Part shown: positions 52,365-64,000 of the stretch, piece by piece
Position numbering within the stretch: position 1 is the first letter of the stretch
Layout of the letters: each line of letters begins with the position of its first letter
Assembly (NCBI GenBank): GCA_051362555.1
Contig: CM120642.1
Span: 19,530,001-19,594,000 of the forward strand
Direction of reading: 5' to 3'
DNA length: 64,000 bases
Origin: Lingula anatina
Lineage: Eukaryota > Animalia > Brachiopoda
Translations under genes and position numbers: made by a program
Notes under the pieces: generated by a model
Database searches by the model: none
The model's input: only the letters and a program-made list of their open reading frames with translations
Told to the model about the DNA's origin: nothing

Positions 52365-53637
52365 TCAATTCAGCAAACTCAGTTCTCTTTGTAGTTTCTT
52401 TTCTTTCAATAGGAGAACTCTTTCCTTAATATTCATAATTTCCATTCTCCTGTGATGCTCTCTGCGTCGTAATGTGAGGATTTCGGTCGGTACATCATAA
52501 TTCGAATCCACACGCTGGGAAGCTGAAACAGAATATTTTGATAAATTCAGTAAAAGTGTAAAAAAAGAAATGAGTAGTGCCATCTAAACCATCTGAACGT
52601 AAGGTTTTTGTATATAGAATTATAAAAGTTACTGTATAGTCATAAAAGTTATTAAAAATCTTGAATCGTTCTATTGTTGAATCTATGCTTGCCATAGGTC
52701 TAAATATGAGATAAGAATATAGTACTTATCAATATTTAAGAAGAGAATGCCTACATCGAGAAGCTTGTCTGTCGCGCCGTGTGCTCGTCCCCTGGATGGG
52801 GCTGTTCTGGCGTGGGGAAGCTTGTCTGTCGCGTTGTGTGCTTGTCCCTGAGACGGGGCTCCTCCACCTCGGGGAAGCTTGTCTGTCGCGCTGTGTGCTT
52901 GTCCCCTGGATGGGGCTGTTCTGGCGTGGGGAAGCTTGTCTGTCGCGTTGTGTGCTTGTCCCTGGGACGGGGCTCCTCCGCCGTGGGGAAGCTTGTCTGT
53001 CGCGCTGTGTGCTTGTCCCCTGGATGGGGCTGTTCTGGCGTGGGGAAGCTTGTCTGTCGCGCTGTGTGCTTGTCCCTGGGACGAGGCTCCTCCGCCGTGG
53101 GGAAGCTTGTCTGTCGCGTTGTGTGCTTGTCCCTGGGACGGGGCTCCTCCGGCGTGGAGATGTGTGATGTTGCTGTTCATCGTTTGCCTCCATTGGCGGC
53201 GGATCAACATCGTCTCCGCCAGCTGGCTCAGCTCCCGGTACATCGAGCAGTGCGTCGTCATCGTACGGATTACGCGGAGGGCTATCCACAGCATCATCTC
53301 CGATCACATCTATCACTGCTTGATTTTCTTGACTTAATTCAACCTCTTTTGGCCCCCCTCCAGTCTTTTTTGCAGCTTTTTTAATATTTGCAAATTCTTT
53401 CTTTGCTTTTATTTTCGCTCGTTTCCAGAAGTCTTTCACCTGCCTTTCAGTTCTTTTCCCGGCTTGTGGAAAATGTGCTGCTAATCTCGTTAGAATTTCT
53501 TTCCACGCCTCATTTTTTCTTTGATTTGATGTGACATCATTTTTCTTTGATTCAATGATGTTGGACTTCTCCTTTATTAGTTCTGAGATGTATCCCTTCT
53601 CTTCAGCAGAAAAATTCTCCGCTCTCTTTCGGCTCAT
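52365..53637 (-). CDS. Harbinger Myb/SANT-like DNA-binding protein, 2 exons (~346 aa)
   Basis: Exon 53637-52755 (MSRKRAENFSAEEK...EAWKEI...QVKDFWKRAK...TGGG, Myb_DNA-bind_5 type), intron GTAGGC..tttcAG (52754-52523), exon 52522-52365 encoding a coiled-coil-like RREHHRRMEIMNIKERVLLLKEKKL. Total 1041 nt, in frame. Confidence 0.88.
52757..53160 (-). repeat. Coding minisatellite, 7 x 57 bp (19 aa)
   Basis: SPRRRSPVPGTSTQRDRQA and SPRQNSPIQGTSTQRDRQA units, in order A,A,B,A,B,A,B. Confidence 0.95.
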
Positions 53638-54925
53638 TTTCACGTGCTCTTTACTTCTAATTTTTTTCTCATATGAGCTACACAGCTTATCTGCTTCAAC
53701 GCTAGCGTGTGTCATCTGTTCATTTACGCCTACCTGATTGACACAGTTCAGTGATTTCTTTGTCTATGTATTCCTGTTACTTTCAACAGGAGGTCAAGTA
53801 CAAGTTAAAACTGGTTTAGCTAAACCTGGTTTTTGGCTTTCCTACACTGTTAGTGAAATGCAATTTAGGTCTTGGGTTAGACCAGGTTTTGCTAGACTAG
53901 GTTTTAGCCTTAAACTAGGTTTAGTTAAACCTCCTTTATGAAATCGGCCGAGTATGTTTAATCCCTTAAACAATCAGTTTTCTGAATCTATCATACAAAA
54001 TGTATTATCCCCCAGACTGCAAATTGGTTAATAAACTCTTAACGATAATCCAAGATTAACAAAGTGCAGACTGTAGAGTAATTACAACTGTTTTTATGCT
54101 ATAGCAGGTTGAACATTGTCTGCTAGTGGACTGAAATATCGTAGGGCAAGAGAATGATTGTGATATGTGGCACTGTCGCATTTGATTCGCAGAGCTTTGC
54201 AAGCTCTTACGAGCCATGGTAGAAACGTGGTCGTAAATTAACACATTCACCTTTAAACTATCGATCTGCAGAGTTTAGTCTTGATTTTGAAAGGGCACGT
54301 TCATCGTACATGTACAGACGGTACACTAATGATGTCGAGCGCGCACATCATATTATTGTTATTATTATATTTCAATACGTGCGAAGGGAAGTGTACATCT
54401 CCACACCCTGCCACATTGTATCAAGTATGTGAGTACTGTTTCAAGCATACTTTAGAACATTTGGCATGCGCCACGATCCAGGGTGCTGTGGTTTTTCAGA
54501 CCGTGAAAATAAATGCAGAATTGAGGAAAAAAAACGGAATTTTCCCCTTTCAGTCCCATTTCATGAGTCTAGCCGTAAATCCGTCATTAGTAGTGATGTC
54601 CTTTACGTCTTATGAAAAAATCCCAAACACTAAGAATACATGTAAAAGGCATATAAGCATCACTTACAGCATATAAGACCGGTGCTTAAATTTAGCATAT
54701 ACATACAGACACGATAAAGGGGGTGCGTGCGGATTGGATTACTTAAACCTACACCTGTTCATTTCCGGACCTCTCCGCACCCCTTAATACGTGCACATTC
54801 CACTCACTGACGTAGTAACCGTGACTGCCGTAACGACGTGACTGCCACAGATCACGACATATTAAATCACACATATCAAACTCTTGGTTCTGAGGCGTCA
54901 GGAATTCAGAAATTAGGAAGTTGCC

Positions 54926-57900
54926 ATGATGCTTCGAATCGCTATTTTGACGTTCCTGGTCGGCTTTGCTTGTGGGTAAGTTATGAGAACTACCTGTAAC
55001 TCTTTTTAACTCTACCTTAAAATAATTCGGTGTATTACAGGTAAGCCAAGTTATGAAACGTTTTATAGAGCTCAACAGGGTGAAGTTCGTTCCGAAATAA
55101 CAATGATCTACACCACCATGTATAATTTTCTCTTTCTAGCGTTCTTTTTCTATTTTTCTAAACATAGGTTTCAAACATTTAAACATAACATATAAAAGTT
55201 TGTTTTTGTGCTTGTATTTCGGTATAGTAATTGACTTATTTCAAAGATAAGATATGCGAGGGGAAAGCAAATTTTCATTTGTACAAATGTATTTCACATA
55301 ATTTTGGATCTATACTGACTTTTTCCTACTAAGATATGTTGAAACTTGCTGTCACACCGGATCCGTCACTTCATTAGCTTGTTCTGTGCTATTAAAATGC
55401 CAAATGCTAAAGGTTTGCTATATACGCTTCAGCCGCCTGGCGCTTTTGATACATACATGTACATGCATAATCAAAGGACAACAGCTTCTTATTTCTTCCA
55501 AATATATACTTGTATATTCGATAAGTTGTCTGACGATATTATGTCCTGATGAAATGACCAGAAAATGCCTTTTGTTCAAAATCTTCTGAATATTCCAACC
55601 CATATGTATATCTTAACTCTATTAGAGCTGTCAGTATGACACATGCCAGTCATTAAATGAATGTATATCTGTTGTACGTGTAAAATATGTTGCCAACGTA
55701 ATAACACCAAATAAAGAAAGTCAGCACTTGCTTATAATAATGCTAATGCTAATAATACGTTGAATTATAGCTTTTTATTGTTTTTTTGTTTTTTTTTTTT
55801 CAAAAGTGTGTCGGGCTAAGCACGTGCCATTTGAATTGCAACATAATTTCTTCAATTTACATTGCAAAGATAAATTGCTTCAACGGGGCTTTGGTGGCTT
55901 TATTTTATCAGTCAGGCCATAGGTAAGAAGGATAAATTGGCGAACATCCTCTACGCTGCAATAGACATTAACCAAGATGGCATCATAACCATTGCGGAGA
56001 TGAGGACTTCCCTGAATAACTTTGATACAAATGGTAAGGCGTTGCGCATGCGCAATTAGAGACACCATCTTGCGGCTTCTCTGGGATGGGCGCTTACCGT
56101 CATTGTATTTTACGTTCGTAATGTCACTGTGAAATGTATTTTATATTTGTTTTCTTTTGCTTCTCATTCTCTCAAACTTGCACAAAATCAGAATAGTGAC
56201 TAGGCGTAGCCAGAGCATAACAGTAGAAAGTTCATATTTTCTTTGAAACGATGACTGAAGTTAATGTGGGAGTTGCCTTTGAGTACGATGCAGCTTAAAG
56301 AACAAGTAATTGTAGTGTTAACATTGCCTTTAAGAAAGCTGGAAACAAATGGAATAAAACCTTTAAAGTACAAAATCCGTTCAGCAGGCGACAATGAAAC
56401 CGAAATTGAAATATTATCTGAAGTGATGTACTGTATGTCCTTGCTTGTGGTGTGGGGGTGATGGCAAGTATAGTGGTCCAACATCTATGCTGCTTGTAGC
56501 GCTAATAGCGATAGGGAGCAAGTGAATGTATTGCACTGTTTGATAGTCCTTATAACCCTATTTACTACCCGCAGTATCGTCAAGTAGTATTTACCCTAAC
56601 AGGTGGATCCAGTATGTTATTACAGTGGTGAGGTGTTAGCGGGTTGAAGAGGGGGGGGGCGCTGAAATAGAGGGGGGAAACAAAGATTAGAAACACTTTA
56701 AAAATACATTTGAGAAGCACAGAAAGTTCTTGGCCAGAGGCTTGGGAACCCACAGCCTGGATCCGCCTTTACATTAGCTGTTCTAATATAGTTATCCGGT
56801 AGAATAACCCAGTAGTTCTGCTTTGTAGTGCTGTCAGTGACACGAAACTTGCCAACATCCTGTATACAGCGATTGATGTCAACGATGATGGGTTGGTGAC
56901 ATTGAGGGAAATGACAGCGTACAGGAAAAAATATGACAGGAACGGTAGGACTGGGAAAGTGTTTTTTATCTTTGTGTGATACATTTGTTAATTTATCCAT
57001 TCCATATATGAACACACGTATTCATTTACCCTTTTATTCATATGAGTATTTTGCCCATCTATGTTTCCATTCGTTCATTTGTACGTGTACATTCTTTTAT
57101 CCATACATTAAAAATTTTATTCGTATTGGTATTTTTTCTACAAGTGCAGATATCATTCACAGGTTAAACAACAGTTATCTAGTAGAAAACTGCTTGTCCC
57201 TGAACGTACAATGTACGAATGAATGCACAAAGACCAGGGCTCCGTATCTCGAAAGGTTCGCTATGTTGCGCACGTGCGCAAGCGTCTCGATTCCATGGCC
57301 CCGTATTTCGAAAGAATCAGTTATGGGATCGATATACTTGCGCACGTGCGCAACATAGCGAACCTTTCGAGATATGGAGCCCAGGCCCCGTATCTCGAAA
57401 GCATCGCGCATTGCGACCGTGCGCAAGCGTCTCGATTCCATAACTCGCCCATACTCGCCCCATATAATACCTTGTAGCCTCTATGTGATATCGTTATTCG
57501 CAATACGCGATGCTTTCGAGATACGGGGTCCAGTACTTCAAGAACTCATGTGACATAAGTCGGGGTTCATGTTATCGCACCCGTCCTTGTGTCCGTGCGT
57601 CCGTCTGTTTGTTGGCAATTTCCGCTATCTCCCCTTAGACCATTTGAGTGGACCCTTCTGAGTTGGTCTGTCCCTGGTGGTGGTCGATTCTAAATTCTTT
57701 TCTCATTTTTTGTAATTTCTGCTAATTTCTGATAATTGGCGCGAGAAAGTTGAAACTTAGAGAATTGATAGTCCTGTCATCAGGGATGTTCATGGTCACT
57801 TTGGAATTTTAAATTTCCATTGTGACTTTTGCTTTGTCATCCTATACCATTAGAATGAAGTTAAAACTTCTGAGATTGACAGACCTGTTATCAGGGATGT

Positions 57901-60900
57901 TGATGGGCCAGGCATAATTTATGTGGAGGATGGGGGGGGAGGATGGGGGGGGGGGCTGTCCCTCGGGGATGATTTATTTTACATTAAATTTATTTCAGGC
58001 TGCCTTTTATGTTGATATTATGGATATTATTTCAATAATTAGACATATAGGACCCAGGCATTGATATCAAGGAAATGGGGTCCCTGAGGGTGAGCTGCTC
58101 TTTACAAAGTGGGAAAGTGCGGGGATATACGATCGACACCATCTAATAGTATTAGTATTATTATTAGTAGTAGTATTGCTGTGATTGGTGTTGTAACTCA
58201 CATAGAGTATAGGGATTTTAATATCGCCATCAAAGGCTCAAATAAAGTCTGTACTAGGGCAGACGAGTGGCCTTGCGGGATACATGAAAACAGAAAAAAT
58301 GACTTTGGGGGACAACTTCAAACATTCCTTTCAACTGCTACTAACTAGGTGATGATGTAGTGACCAAGGGCGAGTTTACCTCCACGTGGGTCCAAACATT
58401 TGGCGGCGATCCCGGCACCCCCAACGCCATGTATGATGTCCTGGACAGGAACAAGGACGGACAGTTCACGGCCGTAGACATCAAGATGCTGCATGCGCAA
58501 CTGGACAGTGACAGTAAGTGTTGACCCGTTTAATACGTGTATGATATATGTATTTAGAATCAGGACTGTCGCATGTTAGAGGAGAGCACAGGGAGCACGT
58601 GCCACCACCTTAGTTACGGAGGACTTCGCATCCCCTTTCCCCTTCTCGCTTAAAAAATTACGACCAGGGAAACTAAACAAACCCTTGTACCCCCTTAGCA
58701 AAAAATCCTGGTTAGGTTTTTATTTTCTTATTCTGTCAATCAGTGACGCTAGCTGGCTTTTTGAAAACAAAAGTCTTGTCAAATGATATTTTTACTCATA
58801 TTTAACAACGGAAATATGTTATTGTTTTCAAGTTTTATTTCTGCAGCTAATTACATAAAGTTTTCACCGTATTTAGGCATATCTGGTTTCAGTAATCTGT
58901 AAAAGGAATCGTGCTGTTTATGCACTGTATGTAGTCCAAGTAACACCTTGTATAAACTTTGAGTAAATTTGTGGGGGAGGTAACAGCGGAAGTACAGGAC
59001 TCCTGTTAATAGAAATTTAATGCCTATAGAGGCTATCTAAAATCTTCAATACAATGGCCAGCCACAAAAACTAGCTTAAAGAATCTATCTATTTATGCGT
59101 AATAAATTCTCATTCCAGAAAATGGAGAGCTCAACGACAGAGAGTTCCTGTTGTCTCTTAAACAGGTACGTAAATGTCTGTTCACACCAAGATAATTCAG
59201 CCTGCAACTTATCAGTATTTGAGTTTTCTGGGAATGAGTTTAATTTAATCCTTGACTAGTTTTATAATGCTTCAGTTAATCAAAGATGTATTACTGAGTT
59301 TGTTGGTTAGATCTCATTTTCAAAACCATAAGCAAATTTAGCGAATGACATTGTTACGGCAATTGTCTCCGAGAGCCTATCTGGTCGTCAGATAACGTAC
59401 ATGTAAATCTTTAATAACACCCATTCGAACGCAACTATTAACTTTTATCATTTCACTAATTTTGTATTTGATGGGCCATGTGAGGTCGCGTAATCTTCAT
59501 TGAAACCATATGTAGCCTTTGCCATTTTATACCGACCTTACTAGTGACTTTCTGCTATACGATGAGTCACTCTAAAAAGTAAAGGAGGGAGGTGGTTTTG
59601 CATGTCAGAATGATTCAAAGTTTCTAAGCATAAAAACCAAGCGAAGTCCAACGAGGGCAAAGGGTTTCAGTCAGGTCGATTGAAACTCGAAACATGTGTG
59701 AATATGACGTATTTGTGTATAGTTTTTATTTTATTTTATTAATTAATTAATTTTTTTTTAATATTTTTTTACTCAAATGCGTTTGTAAAGTAGGATTTAT
59801 CGCTGATGATTAGTCCCATTTTCCTTGCCACGTTCTACAAAAAATTGAATGTTGACGGTCAAGGTTGTACAATCAAAATACATGTGCAATCCCATATTTT
59901 ACAAAGTATTTCTTTCACGCGTTTTTCCCATTTCGCTGAGACTCCATTCCCATACCTAAATCGATTCAACAACATGGACCCTTCTCCTAAGGGTTTCTCA
60001 CTGAATTGCTTTCAGATCAAGCCGCTGTGATGTCGGACACGCCTTTTCAAGTTGTTAAGGGGTAATTAACTATCGTTTAGCAGCTTCAGTAGGCGCGTTA
60101 GACATGTAAGCTGCTTAAGCTAAGAGCAATTTAGCGAGAAACCACTCGGAGATGGATCGATCCTGTTAGATCGATCTAGGTATGGGAATGGTGTTTTAGA
60201 ATGATTTCGTGAACCTTGTTTTTATAGACCCTGTACCAGCTCCCCTTCATCACGATGTTCAAGCGAGGCGATCACGACAAAGACGGTTTCATCACTCTCA
60301 TAGAATTGGACATCATTTTCGGACAATTTGACATCAACAGTGGGTATCGTTGTTTTTTTTAACGCTCCCAGTTTACATCACCTGCTTACTATATTTTCAA
60401 TCTTTCAAAATTTATTGCGTTGACCTTTTTCTGTTTCATATACTTAAACACACACACATGCCTTTTTTGATATCATCGGAACAGCCACAGCCATAATTTC
60501 TATGTCACGCCTTAGGTCGGGTCAACCAAGGAGGTAAAAAAAGCTCCCCTTTCTCGAAAAACAATCCCTTCTTCTTAAATTGCTGGCTACAGGCCAACGG
60601 CATTTTTTCTAATGGGAAACACCCTTTAAATATCCGTTTTTATATAAGTTTTTAAGTTCTTTATTTTATTTTATTATATTATATTTTATTTCTGACAGGC
60701 GACGGCACAATCAGCGCCGAGGAGTTTTTGACTACGTGGACATCCAGAGGATACAGTGACATGAATACTGCCAAGCGCCTATACGACGTTTTCGACCTCA
60801 ACCATGACGATGTGCTTGGCAGGGAGAATGACATTGTCAAGATCTTCAAAAACATGGACTATGACGGTAAGTAATGTTATCTATAGTGCATCTTGCCAGA

Positions 60901-61580
60901 GGCCGGCTGATGACGTCATTTCTGTGTGAAGACATAAGAGAAAAGTGCAGAGTTAGCCAATAAACCATGTAGTGATGGAATTCTGCTTCTTGTGCTGAAA
61001 CTGCACACCAATCCCGTCTTCGTATCACAACTAGATTTTTAAAAAATCAATAAGTAGATGGTATTGCAAAAATATTCGTTATGATGTTATCGTTGATTTT
61101 GTGCACTTTATTTTTTTTCTGACCGACGTCATTTTTCTTTATCACCCAGGTGACAGTAAACTTAGTGAGACAGAATTTGTATCCGAGTGGATGAACGTAA
61201 GTATAATACACACACACACACGCACGCACGCACAGAGAGAGAGAGAGGGAGGAAGGGAGGGGGCGAGGGGTGGAAATACAAGAGAGGATAGTGAAATATC
61301 AGACCACTGCTTCTTTGTCAGATGTCCTGGTATATATCCTCAATTATTAAAATTTCAAACAATGTCATGAAGGTCGCGCAAATAGAAAGCAGTGCAAATC
61401 CTACTGTATCACTAAAAACCTAGACACTCTCTTGCATACCGGCACGGCAGATATGTTTTACAAGGACGTTCATGTTAAATATCGTTTAAATTTGTCTAGG
61501 AATCGTGGTGTTATCTTTTTTGAATTCCGTTTTTGTTTCCGTTTCAGATCATGTCCCAGATCTCTCGTGGTCCCCGATAA
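54926..61580 (+). CDS. Secreted protein with 8 EF-hand loops (245 aa), resembling molluscan shell-matrix EF-hand proteins (IMSP5-like)
   Basis: Exons 54926-54975 (MMLRIAILTFLVGFACG, GG|GTAAGT), 56829-56944, 58349-58513, 59119-59165, 60228-60339, 60699-60866, 61150-61196 and 61548-61580 (TAA). Total 738 nt, all GT-AG and phase-compatible. Loops: DVNDDGLVTLRE, DRNGDDVVTKGE, DRNKDGQFTAVD, DSDKNGELNDRE, DHDKDGFITLIE, DINSDGTISAEE, DLNHDDVLGREND, DYDGDSKLSETE. The family label is from recollection only. Confidence 0.88.
57238..57530. mobile_element. Two adjacent palindromic MITEs (Harbinger-type, CAG flanks) in intron 2 of the EF-hand gene
   Basis: CAG|ggctccgtatctcgaaagg...cctttcgagatatggagcc|CAG|gccccgtatctcgaaagc...gctttcgagatacggggtc|CAG; the first element has ~43-bp arms. 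Confidence 0.75.
59941..60194. mobile_element. MITE in intron 4 of the EF-hand gene, related to the 9684-9885 element
   Basis: TIR actccattcccatacctaaatcgat / atcgatctaggtatgggaatggtgt. Confidence 0.7.
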
Positions 61581-62084
61581 GAAAAAAATCGATGTCACTG
61601 GTAGATCACTGAGGACTTTGAAGAGCAAAGACATCAGAGTTTGATAGAATCTGACTTTATTGCACGATGGCTTGACCTCCTTCGTTGTATTTTTGTCACG
61701 GATGTTTGGAATGTTTTCAATAACAAATTTACCCATTGATTAAATATTCCCTGAGTTGGTTTTCTTTATGTCATCTCTAGTATGTATTTCAGAAATACTT
61801 TTTATATTGAAAACTCAATTGATTTAATGCACTACAATTTTGTCTAGTGAGGCAGTAAGAGAAACATTTTAGAGTGACATTAAGAGCAGAAGTGGTCGTA
61901 AAAGGGACTTTTATTTTATCAAAACGATTCGAAATTGTCTTTACCTTTCTTCTGCTACAAAGAAAGTAAGGTTATGAATTCGCAAAGAATATTATTGAAA
62001 TTAATTTCGCCCCATGCACTGAGATGTATGAAATAAATAGAAACAATTGCAAATCTACACAATATTAAAAACATGGGAAACTAC

Positions 62085-62331
62085 AAGTAGAAAAGCACTC
62101 CGAGAGCGCAGGCCTCCGCCAGGCAGCGATTTATTATTTTTATTGATTATTGATTGATTATTGATCCGGATCACCACCAAAAACTAATCATCTCTTCCTT
62201 GGCCCACTTCTGACAGTTCCTGAAAATTTCATCAAAATCGGTCCATAACTTTTTGAGTTATGTTGATGACAGACAGACAGACAAACAAACAGACAAACGG
62301 GGTGAAAACATAACCTCCTTGGCGGAGGTAA
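62085..62331 (-). mobile_element. Non-autonomous Helentron (DINE-1/HINE-like) element
   Basis: Minus strand begins TTACCTCCGCCAAGGAGGTTATGTTTT, followed by a (GTCT/GTTT)n microsatellite, a 3' subTIR TGGCGGAGG and a stem-loop GCGCTCTCGGAGTGC. This is the classic HINE layout. Confidence 0.85.
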
Positions 62332-63905
62332 TGAGAGAGAGAGAGAGAGAGTCTTTAGTGTGTGTTTGTAAGGGAAATAAAAGACTCCGGCGATTATCTA
62401 CGTCTATAGTTTTGAAGTCATAAAACTATGTAACATCTTTGCATGGTACTATAATGATAAGTTTGGCTAAAAATTAGCCCATTACTTCCAAACATGCCTA
62501 TTATATATATTTCATATATAAATGTCACAGTGTGAAAGTGTGCAACAAGAAAAGTGAAGCAAATAGAAGTATCCATGAAGCTCTATTATATAAAATTGTG
62601 TAGAAGGCCTTGTGAGCATTGGTATTTCCATTGGACATACCATAATTTGACAGAATTGCAGGTATCACGACTTATTTGTTACAAAGCGCAAATTTCTCAA
62701 AATGCTCTTCGTCTTATATATTGATTTATTCTTTTCTTTTTGTTTGTCGTGTACCCAATGTAGGTATTACGTGTTACATGTACCTACCCCCCAGAAAAAA
62801 GAATATGTATATATATGGTAGCCTTTTTAAAGCAAGACCTTATGACAGGGGCATCCAAGCCAGCTTTGAAATTTGCGTAATGAGCAGTATTAGAAACCCT
62901 TAACGAGAAAGCATAGAATGAGTCACAAAACGAAGAGTTATTAAGGTTTAATTAAGTAAATAAATAAAGGGATATATAAAAATAGATAAATAAAATGACA
63001 CGACTTACGAAACGACAATATGAAGATATCTTAATATCCGAAATTTTCGTCTAACACCAGAATGAACAAACATGACAACTGTTTATAGTTTTTTATACCT
63101 TGATGGTAATGGCATAAATTCTCGCCTTCACCAAGTTCAGGGCGCGGTAGATAGCGAACAGTCTGGGTCATTCCAAAAGTACCACAAACATAAACCGAAG
63201 AGAAAGGTGGGGGCATCGAAGGCTGCTACTTTTGGTTTTAGTTTGTTTGCTTGCATTTGTTAATGAACAGTTATCTGTACTCTGTCAATTAATCCGAAGT
63301 TGCAGGACCCCCTGACCCCCCCCCCCCCCCCCTAGCTATATCCATGGACAAAAGTACGAATTATTTAACCGTACCAAATGACACAGTTCGCCCTCTAAAA
63401 TATAAAAAAAATTGAGGCCCTTTAGCGGGCCCCGAACCCCACGCCAAATGGATCCTGAATCCGCCCCTGAGTTGGTAAGAGTTAAATTGTGGAACACCAA
63501 AGAGGCTAATCGACCTATCGGTGGGAAAAGCCAGTTGTACCGTACCTCACGCTTGCCGCAAAAGGTGAACTCGTGCCATTGGGGTCATCTGAAGCCTGAC
63601 CCCGTCCATCTGAGACGATCACGCGGATATAAGCTAATAGATAGAGCCCACGCTTATCCTTTAGATCGGGGACACTGGATAACTTATACAAGTGCAACAC
63701 CCGGCACATTTAGGATTCGCAGCACAAAGGTAAGACCAAGGTAGATCATGCACATCATGTGTTTTGTTTCTTTTTTTATGCATATATCGAAACTTTTTCA
63801 CGATTATTCTTTCTGATACATAATCTACATGTATGTATAATCTACATACATGTACATGCAGGCCTCTTTAAAGTATTCACTCAACTATTTTTCCAGGCAT
63901 CAACG

Positions 63906-63951
63906 ATGAACTCCCTGGTAGTTTTACTAGTCGCCGCATTGGCAGTAAGTG
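63906..63951 (+). CDS. First coding exon (signal peptide MNSLVVLLVAALAVSG) of a secreted protein continuing beyond the window
   Basis: Upstream UTR donor AAG|GTAAGA at 63730, acceptor ttttccag| at 63896, ATG at 63906, donor G|GTGAGT at 63952 (alternative GCA|GTAAGT at 63945). Confidence 0.65.
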
Positions 63952-64000
63952 GTGAGTTAAGTCTGTTGAATTTCAACGGTATATGAAACATTTACAGGGG

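Larger units (their letters stand above)
50852..53950. mobile_element. Complete, apparently autonomous PIF/Harbinger DNA transposon (3099 bp)
   Basis: Perfect 26-bp TIR CGGCCGATTTCATAAAGGAGGTTTAA; 3-bp TSD AGT (50849-50851 and 53951-53953); convergent transposase and Myb/SANT genes; multiple subterminal AAACCWGGT(T/C)T motifs at both ends. Confidence 0.95.

Noticed and set aside
52683-53384. Overlapping ORFs of 128-204 aa in other frames and on the opposite strand
   Set aside because: These are by-products of the GC-rich 57-bp minisatellite, which lacks stop codons.
54329-54392. MMSSAHIILLLLLYFNTCEG as the signal-peptide exon of the EF-hand gene
   Set aside because: The donor position reads GGAAGT, not GT. 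The exon at 54926-54975 has a good start context, a consensus donor and the correct phase.
60016-60030. Relic terminal exon of an ancestral 4-EF gene
   Set aside because: It lies inside a MITE with clear TIRs, so the resemblance to exon 8 is probably coincidental. Kept only as a possible exonisation.

Overview
AT-rich, intron-containing animal DNA, probably a lophotrochozoan such as a mollusc (inferred from gene and repeat types, not demonstrated). Genes: (1) two tandem paralogues on the minus strand, each with 3 coding exons (~608 and ~604 aa). Each encodes a signal peptide, a somatomedin-B-like Cys motif, a Cys-rich ectodomain of the kind seen in invertebrate Methuselah/adhesion-like GPCRs, and a GPI-type tail, with no 7TM domain. 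(2) An 8-exon secreted protein with 8 EF-hand loops (245 aa, plus strand), built from an internal 3-exon duplication. (3) The signal-peptide exon of another secreted protein at the right edge. Mobile DNA: an intact 3.1 kb PIF/Harbinger transposon (DDE transposase plus a spliced Myb/SANT protein with a 7x19-aa SPRRRS repeat) in a 19-bp palindromic target, head-to-tail Helentron-like elements carrying satellites, a Sola2-like element and many MITEs. The paralogues sit in an ~18-20 kb segmental duplication. Each appears to have a distant non-coding first exon and core promoter at the edge of a degenerate long-period repeat array. The most unusual observation is that copy 2 carries a 123-bp near-perfect antisense copy of its own 3'UTR, next to a transposon end, inside its inferred first intron, while copy 1 has a 41-bp-stem hairpin inserted in the same 3'UTR segment. 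Gene models were built by eye from splice signals and phase compatibility; no database searches were run.
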